Shown here in pieces: positions 10,098 through 18,047 of a stretch of DNA of 64,000 nucleotides. A model generated the notes under the pieces. The model saw only the letters and a program-made list of their open reading frames with translations. It was not told where the DNA came from and did not search any database. Source of the stretch: a bacterium UBP11_UBA4055 (GTDB lineage: Bacteria > UBA4055). The position numbers and the translations under genes are program-made. The DNA is taken from positions 55,542 to 119,541 of the forward strand of contig DFZN01000071.1 in NCBI GenBank assembly GCA_002382735.1, written 5' to 3'. Each line of letters begins with the position of its first letter. Within the stretch, counting starts at the first letter, position 1.

Positions 10098-10997
10098 TTA
10101 TTTTTTCCCCCGAACAAGAAATATCTCCCTCAACGGAATGTGGAAAGGTGTCCGTGTCGTTATAAATGTAAAATAAATTTTCTTTTCGGTAAACACTTTT
10201 CTGAACTTGTTTATGTGCTCGTCATAGATCTTTTTATACTTTTCCTTCAAAAGCGGCGTTTTGATTATCAGGCTGTCATCCGTTTCCGAATCGATGAGGT
10301 TCATGTGAGTCCCAAGCTCAAGGTTGTACTCGTCATCATCCGCTATCATGAACACAATAATGTCCTGCTGTCTTTTCTGCAGCGTAAGTATTCTGCCGAT
10401 CAGATCCTGCGGCTCTTCGAGCATGTCCGAGATCACGACAAGAATTCCGGATTTGCTTAATTTGAGGCTGATATGGTCAAATGAACGGTATGTTTCGTTC
10501 GTTTTATAAGATCCGTGACCTTCAAGGTTTATCAGTATGTTCTTCAGATGCTGTTTCGACGATCTTGGCGGGATATATTCCTTAAGTCCATCGGAGTAAT
10601 TTCCGAAACCCACGGAGTCTTTCTGATTGATAAGGATAGTCGCAACGGCCGCGGCAAGCTGTTTTCCGTAATCTAGCTTTGAGTATTTGAATTTGCCCGA
10701 ACGGAAATCCATTGAGGCCGATCTGTCGAGAAAAATATTTGCGTAGATATTCGTTTCATCTTCGAACTGCTTCAAAAAATACTTTTCTGTCCTGCCGAAT
10801 ATCTTCCAGTCTATAAACCTGGTCGAGTCACCGTCGTTGTACTGCTTATGCTCAGAAAATTCTGCCGAAAAACCCTTCATTGGGCTTGAGTGAATTCCGA
10901 GCATATAACCTTTTAGAACCATCCTCGTCGTCAGGCTCAGGTTTGAAAAAGTCGCGATAAATTCCGGATCAAGATATTTTTTGTAGTCTTCTGCCAT
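10098..10997 (-). CDS. DUF58-family protein (vWA-like; often partnered with MoxR ATPases)
   Basis: A 299-aa protein with a 'FLDRSASM' vWA/MIDAS-like motif and the overall DUF58 arrangement. Confidence 0.65.
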   Translation of the reverse strand: MAEDYKKYLDPEFIATFSNLSLTTRMVLKGYMLGIHSSPMKGFSAEFSEHKQYNDGDSTRFIDWKIFGRTEKYFLKQFEDETNIYANIFLDRSASMDFRSGKFKYSKLDYGKQLAAAVATILINQKDSVGFGNYSDGLKEYIPPRSSKQHLKNILINLEGHGSYKTNETYRSFDHISLKLSKSGILVVISDMLEEPQDLIGRILTLQKRQQDIIVFMIADDDEYNLELGTHMNLIDSETDDSLIIKTPLLKEKYKKIYDEHINKFRKVFTEKKIYFTFITTRTPFHIPLREIFLVRGKK

Positions 10998-11194
10998 TGC
11001 GGACTAAATTTACGACAAAGTAAGGAAAATCTCAAATGAAATAAAAACTGGAATGTACCCGATTTCCTGTTGAAAGTTACTTCGCGGTTTCCTTTTCTGC
11101 TCATGCTTTGCATGAACTCAAGTTCTTTTAGCCGCGCTGCGAAGTCGTTACTGCGATACTGAGAACCACGGTCAGAATGAAATTATCTGGTAAA

Positions 11195-11374
11195 CTATCT
11201 TGTATATTTTGCTTTTGGGGGGATATCTTCCGGCATTATTTTTACAATTTTACCGGATTTGCTTACCACAAGAGGACTGTTCTTTTCTTTTTTGAACTTG
11301 ACCAGCTTAATGTAAGCTTCTTCTAGTCCTATTCTGATAAGCTCGTTTTCTTTTTGGATTTCTTCTTTAGTCAT
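11195..11374 (-). CDS. small ORF (59 aa) overlapping the 3' end of the zeta-like ATPase pseudogene by 8 nt; possible toxin-antitoxin partner
   Basis: Hand translation gives MTKEEIQKENELIRIGLEEAYIKLVKFKKEKNSPLVVSKSGKIVKIMPEDIPPKAKYTR. It is absent from the ORF track because it is below 60 aa. The ATGACTAA overlap with the upstream gene suggests translational coupling. Confidence 0.35.
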   Translation of the reverse strand: MTKEEIQKENELIRIGLEEAYIKLVKFKKEKNSPLVVSKSGKIVKIMPEDIPPKAKYTR

Positions 11375-11814
11375 TATATTGTCCGGTTAAATTATTCCAT
11401 TCTTTTTTATGATAAATAATTTCACTATTTCGAGTACCTTCAGCTATAATCTTATACGGATTGCCGGAATTGTTAATAAATATCCAGCTGTATATAGAAT
11501 TCTTATAAATTTTGAAGTTCTCTAAACCTCTTTTATATCTTCGTTTGATAACATCGAGCGGGTTATCGTGTCCACCTTCAGTAACTCGACATTTTACCCT
11601 TTCAACTGCAAGCTCCTGAGCATTCAACCAAAGAAAAACTAATTTAGTCGAGTATCCTTTGCTTTGAGCTTTATCAATGTATTTAATAAATGATTTTGAT
11701 GCAAGAGTAGTCTCGAAAGCAAAGTTCTCGTCTTCTGAGATTAATGTATTTATACGGCCAAGCATTAGTTTTTCCAGCTCCGTTCGCACCCGATATGATG
11801 TGAAGTTTCTTCAT
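11367..11814 (-). pseudogene. zeta-toxin/AAA_33-like P-loop kinase, frameshifted
   Basis: The ATG at 11814-11812 opens MKKLHIISGANGAGKTNAWPYK (Walker A GANGAGKT) in one frame. The rest of the protein (…FAFETTLASKSF…LVFLWLNAQELAVERV…) lies in the track ORF 11367-11789 in another frame. A single-base shift falls near 11770-11790. Confidence 0.6.
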
Positions 11815-12049
11815 CCACTTCCAAAGTTTTATTCGTGTAATTTAAAGCAGAAAACAGCTAAAAACAAGTTTATAATTTTTTTAACCTGTCAGAAAAGCAT
11901 ATTATTATTCCGGCAAATAAATATTTAAAACAATCCCTTTGCATAAATGACCTTTTGATGATTGAAAAAACTCTTAATTTTCTCTGTGTTTCTCTTTTTA
12001 ATTGCCGTGGTAATATATTGAGTTATGAAAATTAAACTGGAGGTGTCGC

Positions 12050-12175
12050 ATGACAACAAAGGAATTATATAAGATCGAAATAATGAAAGAGCTTGGACTC
12101 TTACCGGAAGACAGCCTGAAAAATGTAAAACTTTCTCTTGACAAAGCGTACGAAATTCCGTACTTTTATTCCTAG
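12050..12175 (+). CDS. small ORF (41 aa) with a strong RBS, immediately upstream of yefM
   Basis: CTGGAGGTGTCGC precedes the ATG. Translation is MTTKELYKIEIMKELGLLPEDSLKNVKLSLDKAYEIPYFYS. The ORF is absent from the track because it is under 60 aa. Confidence 0.35.
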   Translation: MTTKELYKIEIMKELGLLPEDSLKNVKLSLDKAYEIPYFYS

Positions 12176-12189
12176 AAGGAGGTAATCGG

Positions 12190-12432
12190 ATGACTACAAT
12201 AAATGTAACTGAAGCCAGAAAAAATTTATACAATCTTGTGGATTTAGCAAATGAATCGCATGAAACCATTCTGATATCAGGCAAACGGGGAAATGCTGTT
12301 TTAATATCAGAAGAAGACTGGTCAGCCATCAATGAAACTCTTTATCTTCTCTCAATTCCAAAGATGAGAGAATCAATAAAGAAAGGGCTGGAAACCCCTG
12401 TTGATGATTGCGATACGGATCTTTACTGGTGA
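12190..12432 (+). CDS. yefM: type II antitoxin of the Phd/YefM family
   Basis: An 80-aa protein beginning MTTINVTEARKNLYNLVD…TILISGKRGNAVLISEEDWSAINETLYLLS, the classical YefM signature. It is preceded by AGGAGG. Confidence 0.85.
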   Translation: MTTINVTEARKNLYNLVDLANESHETILISGKRGNAVLISEEDWSAINETLYLLSIPKMRESIKKGLETPVDDCDTDLYW

Positions 12433-12692
12433 AGTGGAAATTAATATATACAAAACAGGCTCAGAAAGATGCTCTGAAGCTAAAATCAGCCGCGCTCAAA
12501 GATAAAGCTGCGGAACCGCTTAAGATTCTCTCAGACGATCCTTTACAAAATCCCCCCAAGTATGAAAAGCTTGTCGGTGATCTTTCCGGTGCATATTCAA
12601 GAAGAATAAATATTCAGCACCGTCTTGTATATCAGATCTACGATCAGGAAAGAATCGTGAAAGTTATCAGAATATGGACTCATTATGAGTAG
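12429..12692 (+). CDS. yoeB: type II toxin of the YoeB/Txe family (RelE superfamily mRNA interferase)
   Basis: KLIYTKQAQKDALKL…LSGAYSRRINIQHRLVYQI matches the YoeB core (LSGxWSRRIxxEHRLVY). A GTG start overlaps the yefM stop (GTGA). The in-frame ATG at 12408 is an alternative start. Confidence 0.8.
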   Translation: MKWKLIYTKQAQKDALKLKSAALKDKAAEPLKILSDDPLQNPPKYEKLVGDLSGAYSRRINIQHRLVYQIYDQERIVKVIRIWTHYE

Positions 12693-12696
12693 GGTG

Positions 12697-13380
12697 ATGA
12701 CAGAAGAACTCAAAACACACTATATCGGCCACGACGGAGCATACAGGTACCGGAAAGCAAAAGGTGAACCCGGTTGGGCTTCAGAAGAAGATAATTTGAA
12801 GTTCGAAAAGGTGATCGAAGACAGCCTAAGGATAGCCTGCATTCCTAAAGATGGTAGAGTTCTGGAGCTTGGCTGCGGTGCAGGCGATATGACTTTGGTT
12901 TTGGCCTCAAAAGGCTATGAAGCATACGGGATTGATATTTCACCGACTGCTATAGAATGGGCAAAAGAAAAAGCGAAAGAAAGGAATTTAAAACCTGATT
13001 TCATGATCGGAAGCGTGATGGATCTTTGCGATTTTCCTGACAATTACTTTGATTATATTCTGGACGGTCACTGCCTGCACTGCATAATAGGCAAAGATAG
13101 AGAAAAGTTTCTTTCTGAAGCGCTTCGTGTTCTTAAACCCTGCGGAATTTTCTTCTCCGAAACAATGTGCGGAGGAATAAGAGACCCTGAAGTTCTTAAA
13201 TTGTTCGATCCTGAATCAAGATGCATGATAAGAGATGGTGTCGCAGGCAGATATATTGGATTACCTGAAGATATAGTTGAAGAGTTTAAAAGTGCCGGAT
13301 TCAAGTTGATCAGTTACGAAATCAGTCCGGATCCTGACGCTCAGGACGATCTGAGAATTCATGCGACGAAAAAGACATGA
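12697..13380 (+). CDS. class I SAM-dependent methyltransferase (small-molecule type, not a DNA MTase)
   Basis: Motif I is VLELGCGAGDMTLVLASKG. There is no DPPY/NPPY or other DNA-MTase motif. The start codon lies just before the left 29-bp repeat. Confidence 0.8.
   Translation: MTEELKTHYIGHDGAYRYRKAKGEPGWASEEDNLKFEKVIEDSLRIACIPKDGRVLELGCGAGDMTLVLASKGYEAYGIDISPTAIEWAKEKAKERNLKPDFMIGSVMDLCDFPDNYFDYILDGHCLHCIIGKDREKFLSEALRVLKPCGIFFSETMCGGIRDPEVLKLFDPESRCMIRDGVAGRYIGLPEDIVEEFKSAGFKLISYEISPDPDAQDDLRIHATKKT
12711..12739. repeat. left copy of a 29-bp direct repeat (caaaacRcactatatcggccacgacgRag), 27/29 identical to 14172-14200
   Basis: Seen by eye: the two copies encode ELKTHYIGHDGAY in the MTase versus IELQSKTHYIGHDEEYK* in the + frame at 14158-14211. 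Confidence 0.7.
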
Positions 13381-13438
13381 AAAATTTTGATTTAAGCCGA
13401 AATTATTTGTATATTATTAGTAACCAAAGGAAACATGA

Positions 13439-13864
13439 ATGAAATCAAAGCTTTCCGAAAATATTGACAGAAATGACATAAATATGATCGTTGAATTTTG
13501 GGTTAACGGCTCGGATAGAGATTTTCAGACTATGAACTCAATGTTTGAAAAGAAAGAATACAACTGGTCACTTTTTATCGGACATTTGGTAATAGAAAAG
13601 CTTCTTAAGGCTTATTATGTAAAAATTATCGGAACACACGCACCTTTGATCCATAATTTATTAAAGCTGGCTATGGATTCTAAGCTTGAATTTGATGAAG
13701 AAAAGAGAATATTCTTTATCACTGTTACCGCATTCAACATTAATGCAAGATATGACGATTATAAAACTAATTTCTATAAAAAATGCACAAAAAAGTTCAC
13801 TGAGGAATGGTTAAATAAAATAACAGAGAACCGGGAATGGATAAAAAAACAGCTAAACTGGTAA
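13439..13864 (+). CDS. HEPN-domain protein (putative toxin partner of the downstream nucleotidyltransferase)
   Basis: A 141-aa protein with a HEPN-like helical core (…EKLLKAYYVKIIGTHAPLIHNLLKL…). It overlaps the downstream NTase gene by 28 nt. Confidence 0.65.
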   Translation: MKSKLSENIDRNDINMIVEFWVNGSDRDFQTMNSMFEKKEYNWSLFIGHLVIEKLLKAYYVKIIGTHAPLIHNLLKLAMDSKLEFDEEKRIFFITVTAFNINARYDDYKTNFYKKCTKKFTEEWLNKITENREWIKKQLNW

Positions 13865-14148
13865 ATGAGTTTATAAAAGCAGCGATCAAATTGAACCCTC
13901 ATCTTGTGAATGCATACCTTTTCGGGTCTTATGCAAAAGGTAATTTTGATGAGAACAGTGATATAGATATAGCTTTGGTGCTGGATAAACTTAAAGATAA
14001 TGAAAGATTTGACTTCCAGGTTGAACTTATGCTATTGTCTTCTAAATATGATAACAGAATAGAACCGCATCCTATCGCAAAAAAGGATTTGAATTTGAAT
14101 AACCCTTTTGCGGCGGAGATTTTAAAAACCGGCATTCCGCTTTTGTAA
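13837..14148 (+). CDS. minimal nucleotidyltransferase (MNT/Pol-beta superfamily; putative antitoxin)
   Basis: LFGSYAKGNFDENSDIDIALVL is the canonical GS…DxD NTase motif. Confidence 0.8.
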   Translation: MDKKTAKLVNEFIKAAIKLNPHLVNAYLFGSYAKGNFDENSDIDIALVLDKLKDNERFDFQVELMLLSSKYDNRIEPHPIAKKDLNLNNPFAAEILKTGIPLL

Positions 14149-14155
14149 CACCCTA

Positions 14156-14632
14156 CTATTGAATTACAGAGCAAAACGCACTATATCGGCCACGACGAAG
14201 AATATAAATGAAGAATATGATCGCCACTATTGTAACATAGTCCCAATCAATAAAATATTCTTTATCACTGACTGAATCAGTCATAAACAGTGTGTATTCC
14301 ATATCAGAAAAAGGCGCATCATAAATATAGTCGTAGTATCTGCCCTTATCCGTTTCTTTTACAAGTTCAGTTTTCTTGATGTCCGGCATGAACACAGGAT
14401 ATTCTTCAACGGCCTTTATTATATTGTAACAGTCCTCAGGTTCTGCCTGAACTCTAAATACCGCTTCGGCAGTCTTTATATCAGAATCCGGTATCTCGAC
14501 CAGTCTGATTATCATATCGTCATCTGTAACCAATATCTTTCCTTTACTGTCCGTAAAAGATAATGAAAACAGAGTTCCGGCAAAAATCGTCATAATTACG
14601 ATCAAATGTGCATAACAGGCATGAGTTCTCAT
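14156..14632 (-). CDS. secreted START/SRPBCC-like lipid-binding protein, apparently C-terminally shortened or remodelled
   Basis: It has an N-terminal hydrophobic signal and a DAPFSDMEY motif that matches the DAPWPFSDRDM block of the START-like protein at 55512. It is about 40 aa shorter than that paralogue, and its tail (…YILRRGRYSAFCSVIQ) is encoded by the 29-bp repeat. Confidence 0.5.
   Translation of the reverse strand: MRTHACYAHLIVIMTIFAGTLFSLSFTDSKGKILVTDDDMIIRLVEIPDSDIKTAEAVFRVQAEPEDCYNIIKAVEEYPVFMPDIKKTELVKETDKGRYYDYIYDAPFSDMEYTLFMTDSVSDKEYFIDWDYVTIVAIIFFIYILRRGRYSAFCSVIQ
14172..14200. repeat. right copy of the 29-bp direct repeat
   Basis: See 12711-12739. This copy also encodes the last ~10 codons of the minus-strand START-like ORF. 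Confidence 0.7.
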
Positions 14633-14924
14633 TTATACAAAAACCTGTAAGTAAAAGAAAAATTCAATATAATATCCTTATACCATTATTTCACAAAAAT
14701 ATACACATAAAACTTGCGTCCGGTAATAATTAATTTTAGTCACTTAAATAAAACGCAGTTTGACAGTTGCTATGTTTCTTATCTGTTTACGGTTTAAATT
14801 CCTTCGGGATCAGAAGCAGTAATGATTTTAAAGGCATTAAATATGTAAGCTGAACAGTAATGTCTTTCTAAAATGGGAATGAGGATGGTTTGAGTCTGAC
14901 ATACACATTTTAGAAGTCTTAATC

Positions 14925-15884
14925 TCATTTTATTGATAGATTATATTTTATGCCTAAACCAATAGCATCATTTTTATAATATGGAACAAATCGCACAGCT
15001 GTTTTATCATGATCTGAAACTACCCTTCTTCCGTTATCTGCTGCAATCCTTCCGAAACCGTATCCGATAGCAAGAGCTAAAGGATAATCACTTGCCCAGT
15101 GTACGCCGTTGTTCATCATCTGAAAAGATAACAGCCCCATGAGTGTCCATCCTACTGGTTTGACCCACCGGTTGTATTCCGGATAATTTTCCGTGATCAC
15201 AGTAAAAGTCATCATTGCCGTAGCCAGATGCCCGGATGGAAAAGCATCATAACTTGAAACATGCTCATGGTAATCGATCTGGTCGGGAAAGAAATCCCAT
15301 TTTCCTCCTTCTTCGGTCGATCTGTAAGGACTCTGCCTGCCTGTTATATGTTTTAGCACTTGGGTAGCGATCCCGGTAGTTATAAGTCCTTCAGCCAGCT
15401 GTGATGCGGTCTGCAGAGCCCTGTTGTCGTCTTTGATCAGACCGTAAGTTAGAAATCCTGTCATGATTGATCCGTGCAGCCACCCGTCGCCGAGGAAATA
15501 TAAAGATGATCCGAGATCGGTCGGACCTCTGAAAACAGGTATGCCTCCGATAGTAATGAACGATTGAGTCATATCTTTGCTGTTTATATTCAGATCCCGT
15601 CCCAGATCTTTAGCTTCATCGATAAGTTCCTGATCGTATATGATCAAAACAGCCGTAGAAACTGCAACAAGCGAATAGGTGATCAGACTATTCTTTTGCG
15701 TAAAAAGTCCGGCATATTCAAGATAATCGGGCACAATTCTTTTAAAAGGGTCAGGCAGACGGGGTCTTGAATATTCGTACACAGTTCCTTTATATTCGAA
15801 GATTTGCCTGTCTTCAAATCCCGCAAATAATGTGATACATATTGTCAGAATAATAAGCAGGATATTTACTTTAAAACATCTCAT
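14925..15884 (-). CDS. PAP2-family (type 2 phosphatidic acid/lipid phosphate) phosphatase, membrane
   Basis: PAP2 motifs are KxxxxxxRP-like, FPSGHLATAMM, and SDYPLA with H/D residues. It has an N-terminal TM segment. Confidence 0.7.
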   Translation of the reverse strand: MRCFKVNILLIILTICITLFAGFEDRQIFEYKGTVYEYSRPRLPDPFKRIVPDYLEYAGLFTQKNSLITYSLVAVSTAVLIIYDQELIDEAKDLGRDLNINSKDMTQSFITIGGIPVFRGPTDLGSSLYFLGDGWLHGSIMTGFLTYGLIKDDNRALQTASQLAEGLITTGIATQVLKHITGRQSPYRSTEEGGKWDFFPDQIDYHEHVSSYDAFPSGHLATAMMTFTVITENYPEYNRWVKPVGWTLMGLLSFQMMNNGVHWASDYPLALAIGYGFGRIAADNGRRVVSDHDKTAVRFVPYYKNDAIGLGIKYNLSIK

Positions 15885-15890
15885 AACCGT

Positions 15891-16430
15891 TCAGAAATTA
15901 TAAGAAAAACTAAATCCGTACATATCGCTCCCTGAAATGATACCGACAGACAGATCGTTTTTTGTATATCTGTCCGTAAAATAATAAGAGCATGATATGC
16001 CCAGAGCGGCTCCGCCGAGCACATCCCAGATGTCGTGCATGTCAGATTCGCCCTCAATGCGACTGTATCCCACGAACGAGGCGAGCAGGTATGAGGGAAT
16101 ACCCCATTTCCAACCGTATCTGCGCTGGATAAAAGAGGCTCCCTGAAACGCAGCAGAAGTGTGACCGGAAGGGAAAGCGTAATGACCGTTGCCTTCCGGC
16201 CTTGGTTTATCTATGATATATTTTAAACCGTGAGTCAGAGCAGTATTGACAATCACTGATTTTAGGAACATGTTCCTGCCGTCCTTATCACCTATAACGA
16301 GAGCGGTTAGAAATCCTGCAACAGGTATGGCGAGCTGAATTATATCACCAGCATTCGCAACATCAGGATTCTCCTCAAAGTCAACTGCGAAAAGTAAATA
16401 TCCTGATAAAAGAAAAATGATAAGCATAAG
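15891..16430 (-). CDS. PAP2-family phosphatase (second copy)
   Basis: Motifs are KYIIDKPRPEG, FPSGHTSAAF and SRIEGESDMHDIWDVLGGAALG. I chose the internal start MLIIFLL; the track N-terminal extension to 16535 is the antisense of the Lys/Ala repeat of the neighbouring gene. Confidence 0.7.
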   Translation of the reverse strand, partial: LMLIIFLLSGYLLFAVDFEENPDVANAGDIIQLAIPVAGFLTALVIGDKDGRNMFLKSVIVNTALTHGLKYIIDKPRPEGNGHYAFPSGHTSAAFQGASFIQRRYGWKWGIPSYLLASFVGYSRIEGESDMHDIWDVLGGAALGISCSYYFTDRYTKNDLSVGIISGSDMYGFSFSYNF

Positions 16431-16440
16431 TCTTTTCAAA

Positions 16441-18036
16441 TCAGAATCCCGGTATCTTGATCTTTTTCTTGGCTTCCGCCGCAGCTTTCTCAGCCTCAGC
16501 TTTTGCTTTGGCTTCCGCCGCAGCTTTCTCGGCATCGATCTTAGCCTGCGCTTTTGCCTTCTCTTCCTCCAGCTTCGCTTCGGCTTCAGCTTTTGCTTTG
16601 TCGATCTCTTCCTGAGCTTTCTGCTTTACTTCGTCTATCTTCTCGTCAACGAACGCGCCGGCTTTCTTTTTTATGAGTTCGGTGAGGCTGACGGGCATGA
16701 ACGATACTTTTACTTCGGGATCTGAGATGTCGCCTGTTGAAGTGAATTCGATAAATATTCTTCCGTCTCTGACCACGCCTGCGAGTAATTCGTTCTTGAT
16801 CTCCTGTTTGTCGATCTTGACACCTTTGATCTTGACATCCTTCATGCTGTCGTCGATGAATTTATCCGCCTGATCAAGCAGCTTTTTGGATTCCGCCTCA
16901 GATACAGTCAGATCACCTTTGAAACTGTGCTGATTGTTCATAACATTGAACCAGCTCTCTTTCTGAATTGCGACATCGTAATCGGCCGTAAGCACCTTCA
17001 GGTTTTCCTCGAAAGAAACTTTCCCTTCTTTGTATCTTATGTCAGTATCGGCATTCTTGCTTAGAACGGCTTTTTTACTCAGGATGTCGAGATTTATACC
17101 GACTTTCTCCAGAGTGGCAAGTGAAGATTTGACTTTTTCTAACGCGACAAGAGCCTGAATGAAAGAGCCTTTCCCGATAGATATCGCGTAAACAGCTTCG
17201 GGATCGACTTTACCTGTATTAGGATTGAACGGTCTGAGAACGGCACTCGACTTTATGCCGAGTCTGGCCTGTTCGGACTTCTCTTTGTTGTATATAGCCA
17301 TATTCGTATTGAAAGTGACTGTAGCTTTGTTGTGGTTAATCAGGTCCTTGGGATCAATGTCGATCTTATCTATGACCATGAAGAAGTCCGAGATCAGAAA
17401 GCGCTGCTGCGTGGTCTTAAAGAAAATGTCAACCTCGCCGTTCTCTATCCCGATCTGGTTCATCGTCGCGGCTATAGGCATGTCCTTAGCCGAAAAATCC
17501 TCCTGCGGCTCATCGGGCTGCTGTGCAGCAGGTTCCTGCGCAGCCTCAGTTTCAGCCTGCTCAGAAACTTCTGCCGGTCTTCCTTCTGCCGCTTTCCCTG
17601 AAGGCTGACCGAGCAGGGGAGTGAGATTGTCCTGCCCTTCTTCACCGAGTGTAAGTCTCGCTACCGGCCTCTGAATAATGAACTTGTTCAGCTCGAACCT
17701 TTTGTCGAATAGCGGGATCAGATTGGCCTTCAGCTCAATATTCTCAATTGAGATTATCTCACCTTCTATCTTCGGCCTTTCGTCGATGTGGACTTTGTCG
17801 TCCGCGTACTTATCTCTCTTTCCGAGCTTTATCCCGTCGATCTTCAGAGAGGGTGTGAAAGAAAAGATCCCGATGCTCACATCTGTAAGTTCGAACCTTG
17901 AATTAGTCTCAGCCTCCACAGCCTTGACGATTATGTCCTTGTCGAAATATTTCTCAAGGTAGATCTTTACCCCGAAAAGACCGACAACGACTATGAATAC
18001 TACAGCCAGAACGATCCTGAACAGCCACTTGAACAT
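16441..18036 (-). CDS. AsmA-like / DUF748-like membrane-anchored protein with a C-terminal KAEAEAK low-complexity tail
   Basis: It has a single N-terminal TM (MFKWLFRIVLAVVFIVVVGLFGV) followed by a long soluble region. The C-terminus is (KAEAE)n coiled-coil-like. Confidence 0.45.
   Translation of the reverse strand: MFKWLFRIVLAVVFIVVVGLFGVKIYLEKYFDKDIIVKAVEAETNSRFELTDVSIGIFSFTPSLKIDGIKLGKRDKYADDKVHIDERPKIEGEIISIENIELKANLIPLFDKRFELNKFIIQRPVARLTLGEEGQDNLTPLLGQPSGKAAEGRPAEVSEQAETEAAQEPAAQQPDEPQEDFSAKDMPIAATMNQIGIENGEVDIFFKTTQQRFLISDFFMVIDKIDIDPKDLINHNKATVTFNTNMAIYNKEKSEQARLGIKSSAVLRPFNPNTGKVDPEAVYAISIGKGSFIQALVALEKVKSSLATLEKVGINLDILSKKAVLSKNADTDIRYKEGKVSFEENLKVLTADYDVAIQKESWFNVMNNQHSFKGDLTVSEAESKKLLDQADKFIDDSMKDVKIKGVKIDKQEIKNELLAGVVRDGRIFIEFTSTGDISDPEVKVSFMPVSLTELIKKKAGAFVDEKIDEVKQKAQEEIDKAKAEAEAKLEEEKAKAQAKIDAEKAAAEAKAKAEAEKAAAEAKKKIKIPGF
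16471..16530. repeat. 39-bp-period tandem duplication (ggcttccgccgcagctttctc x2) inside the Lys/Ala/Glu-rich 3' end of the AsmA-like gene
   Basis: Two identical 21-mers lie at 16471-16491 and 16510-16530. Confidence 0.6.
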
Positions 18037-18047
18037 AATGCCCTCCT

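Noticed and set aside
11925-12332. A 135-aa minus-strand ORF across the small ORF / yefM region
   Set aside because: It is antisense to a well-supported YefM gene with a strong RBS. It has no RBS and low-complexity composition, so it is likely spurious.
12040-14200. Whether the tightly packed same-strand small genes (small ORF, yefM-yoeB, methyltransferase, HEPN-nucleotidyltransferase) are integron gene cassettes
   Set aside because: I found no attC-like imperfect palindromes (R''-L''/L'-R' with a GTTRRRY core) between the ORFs and no intI nearby. The spacers are only 6-58 bp with no symmetry.
15891-16535. The N-terminal extension of the second PAP2 ORF (MPRKLRRKPKQKLRLRKLRRK…)
   Set aside because: The extension is the reverse-complement reading of the Lys/Ala/Glu repeat at the 3' end of the AsmA-like gene. 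The hydrophobic start MLIIFLL at 16430 fits a membrane PAP2.
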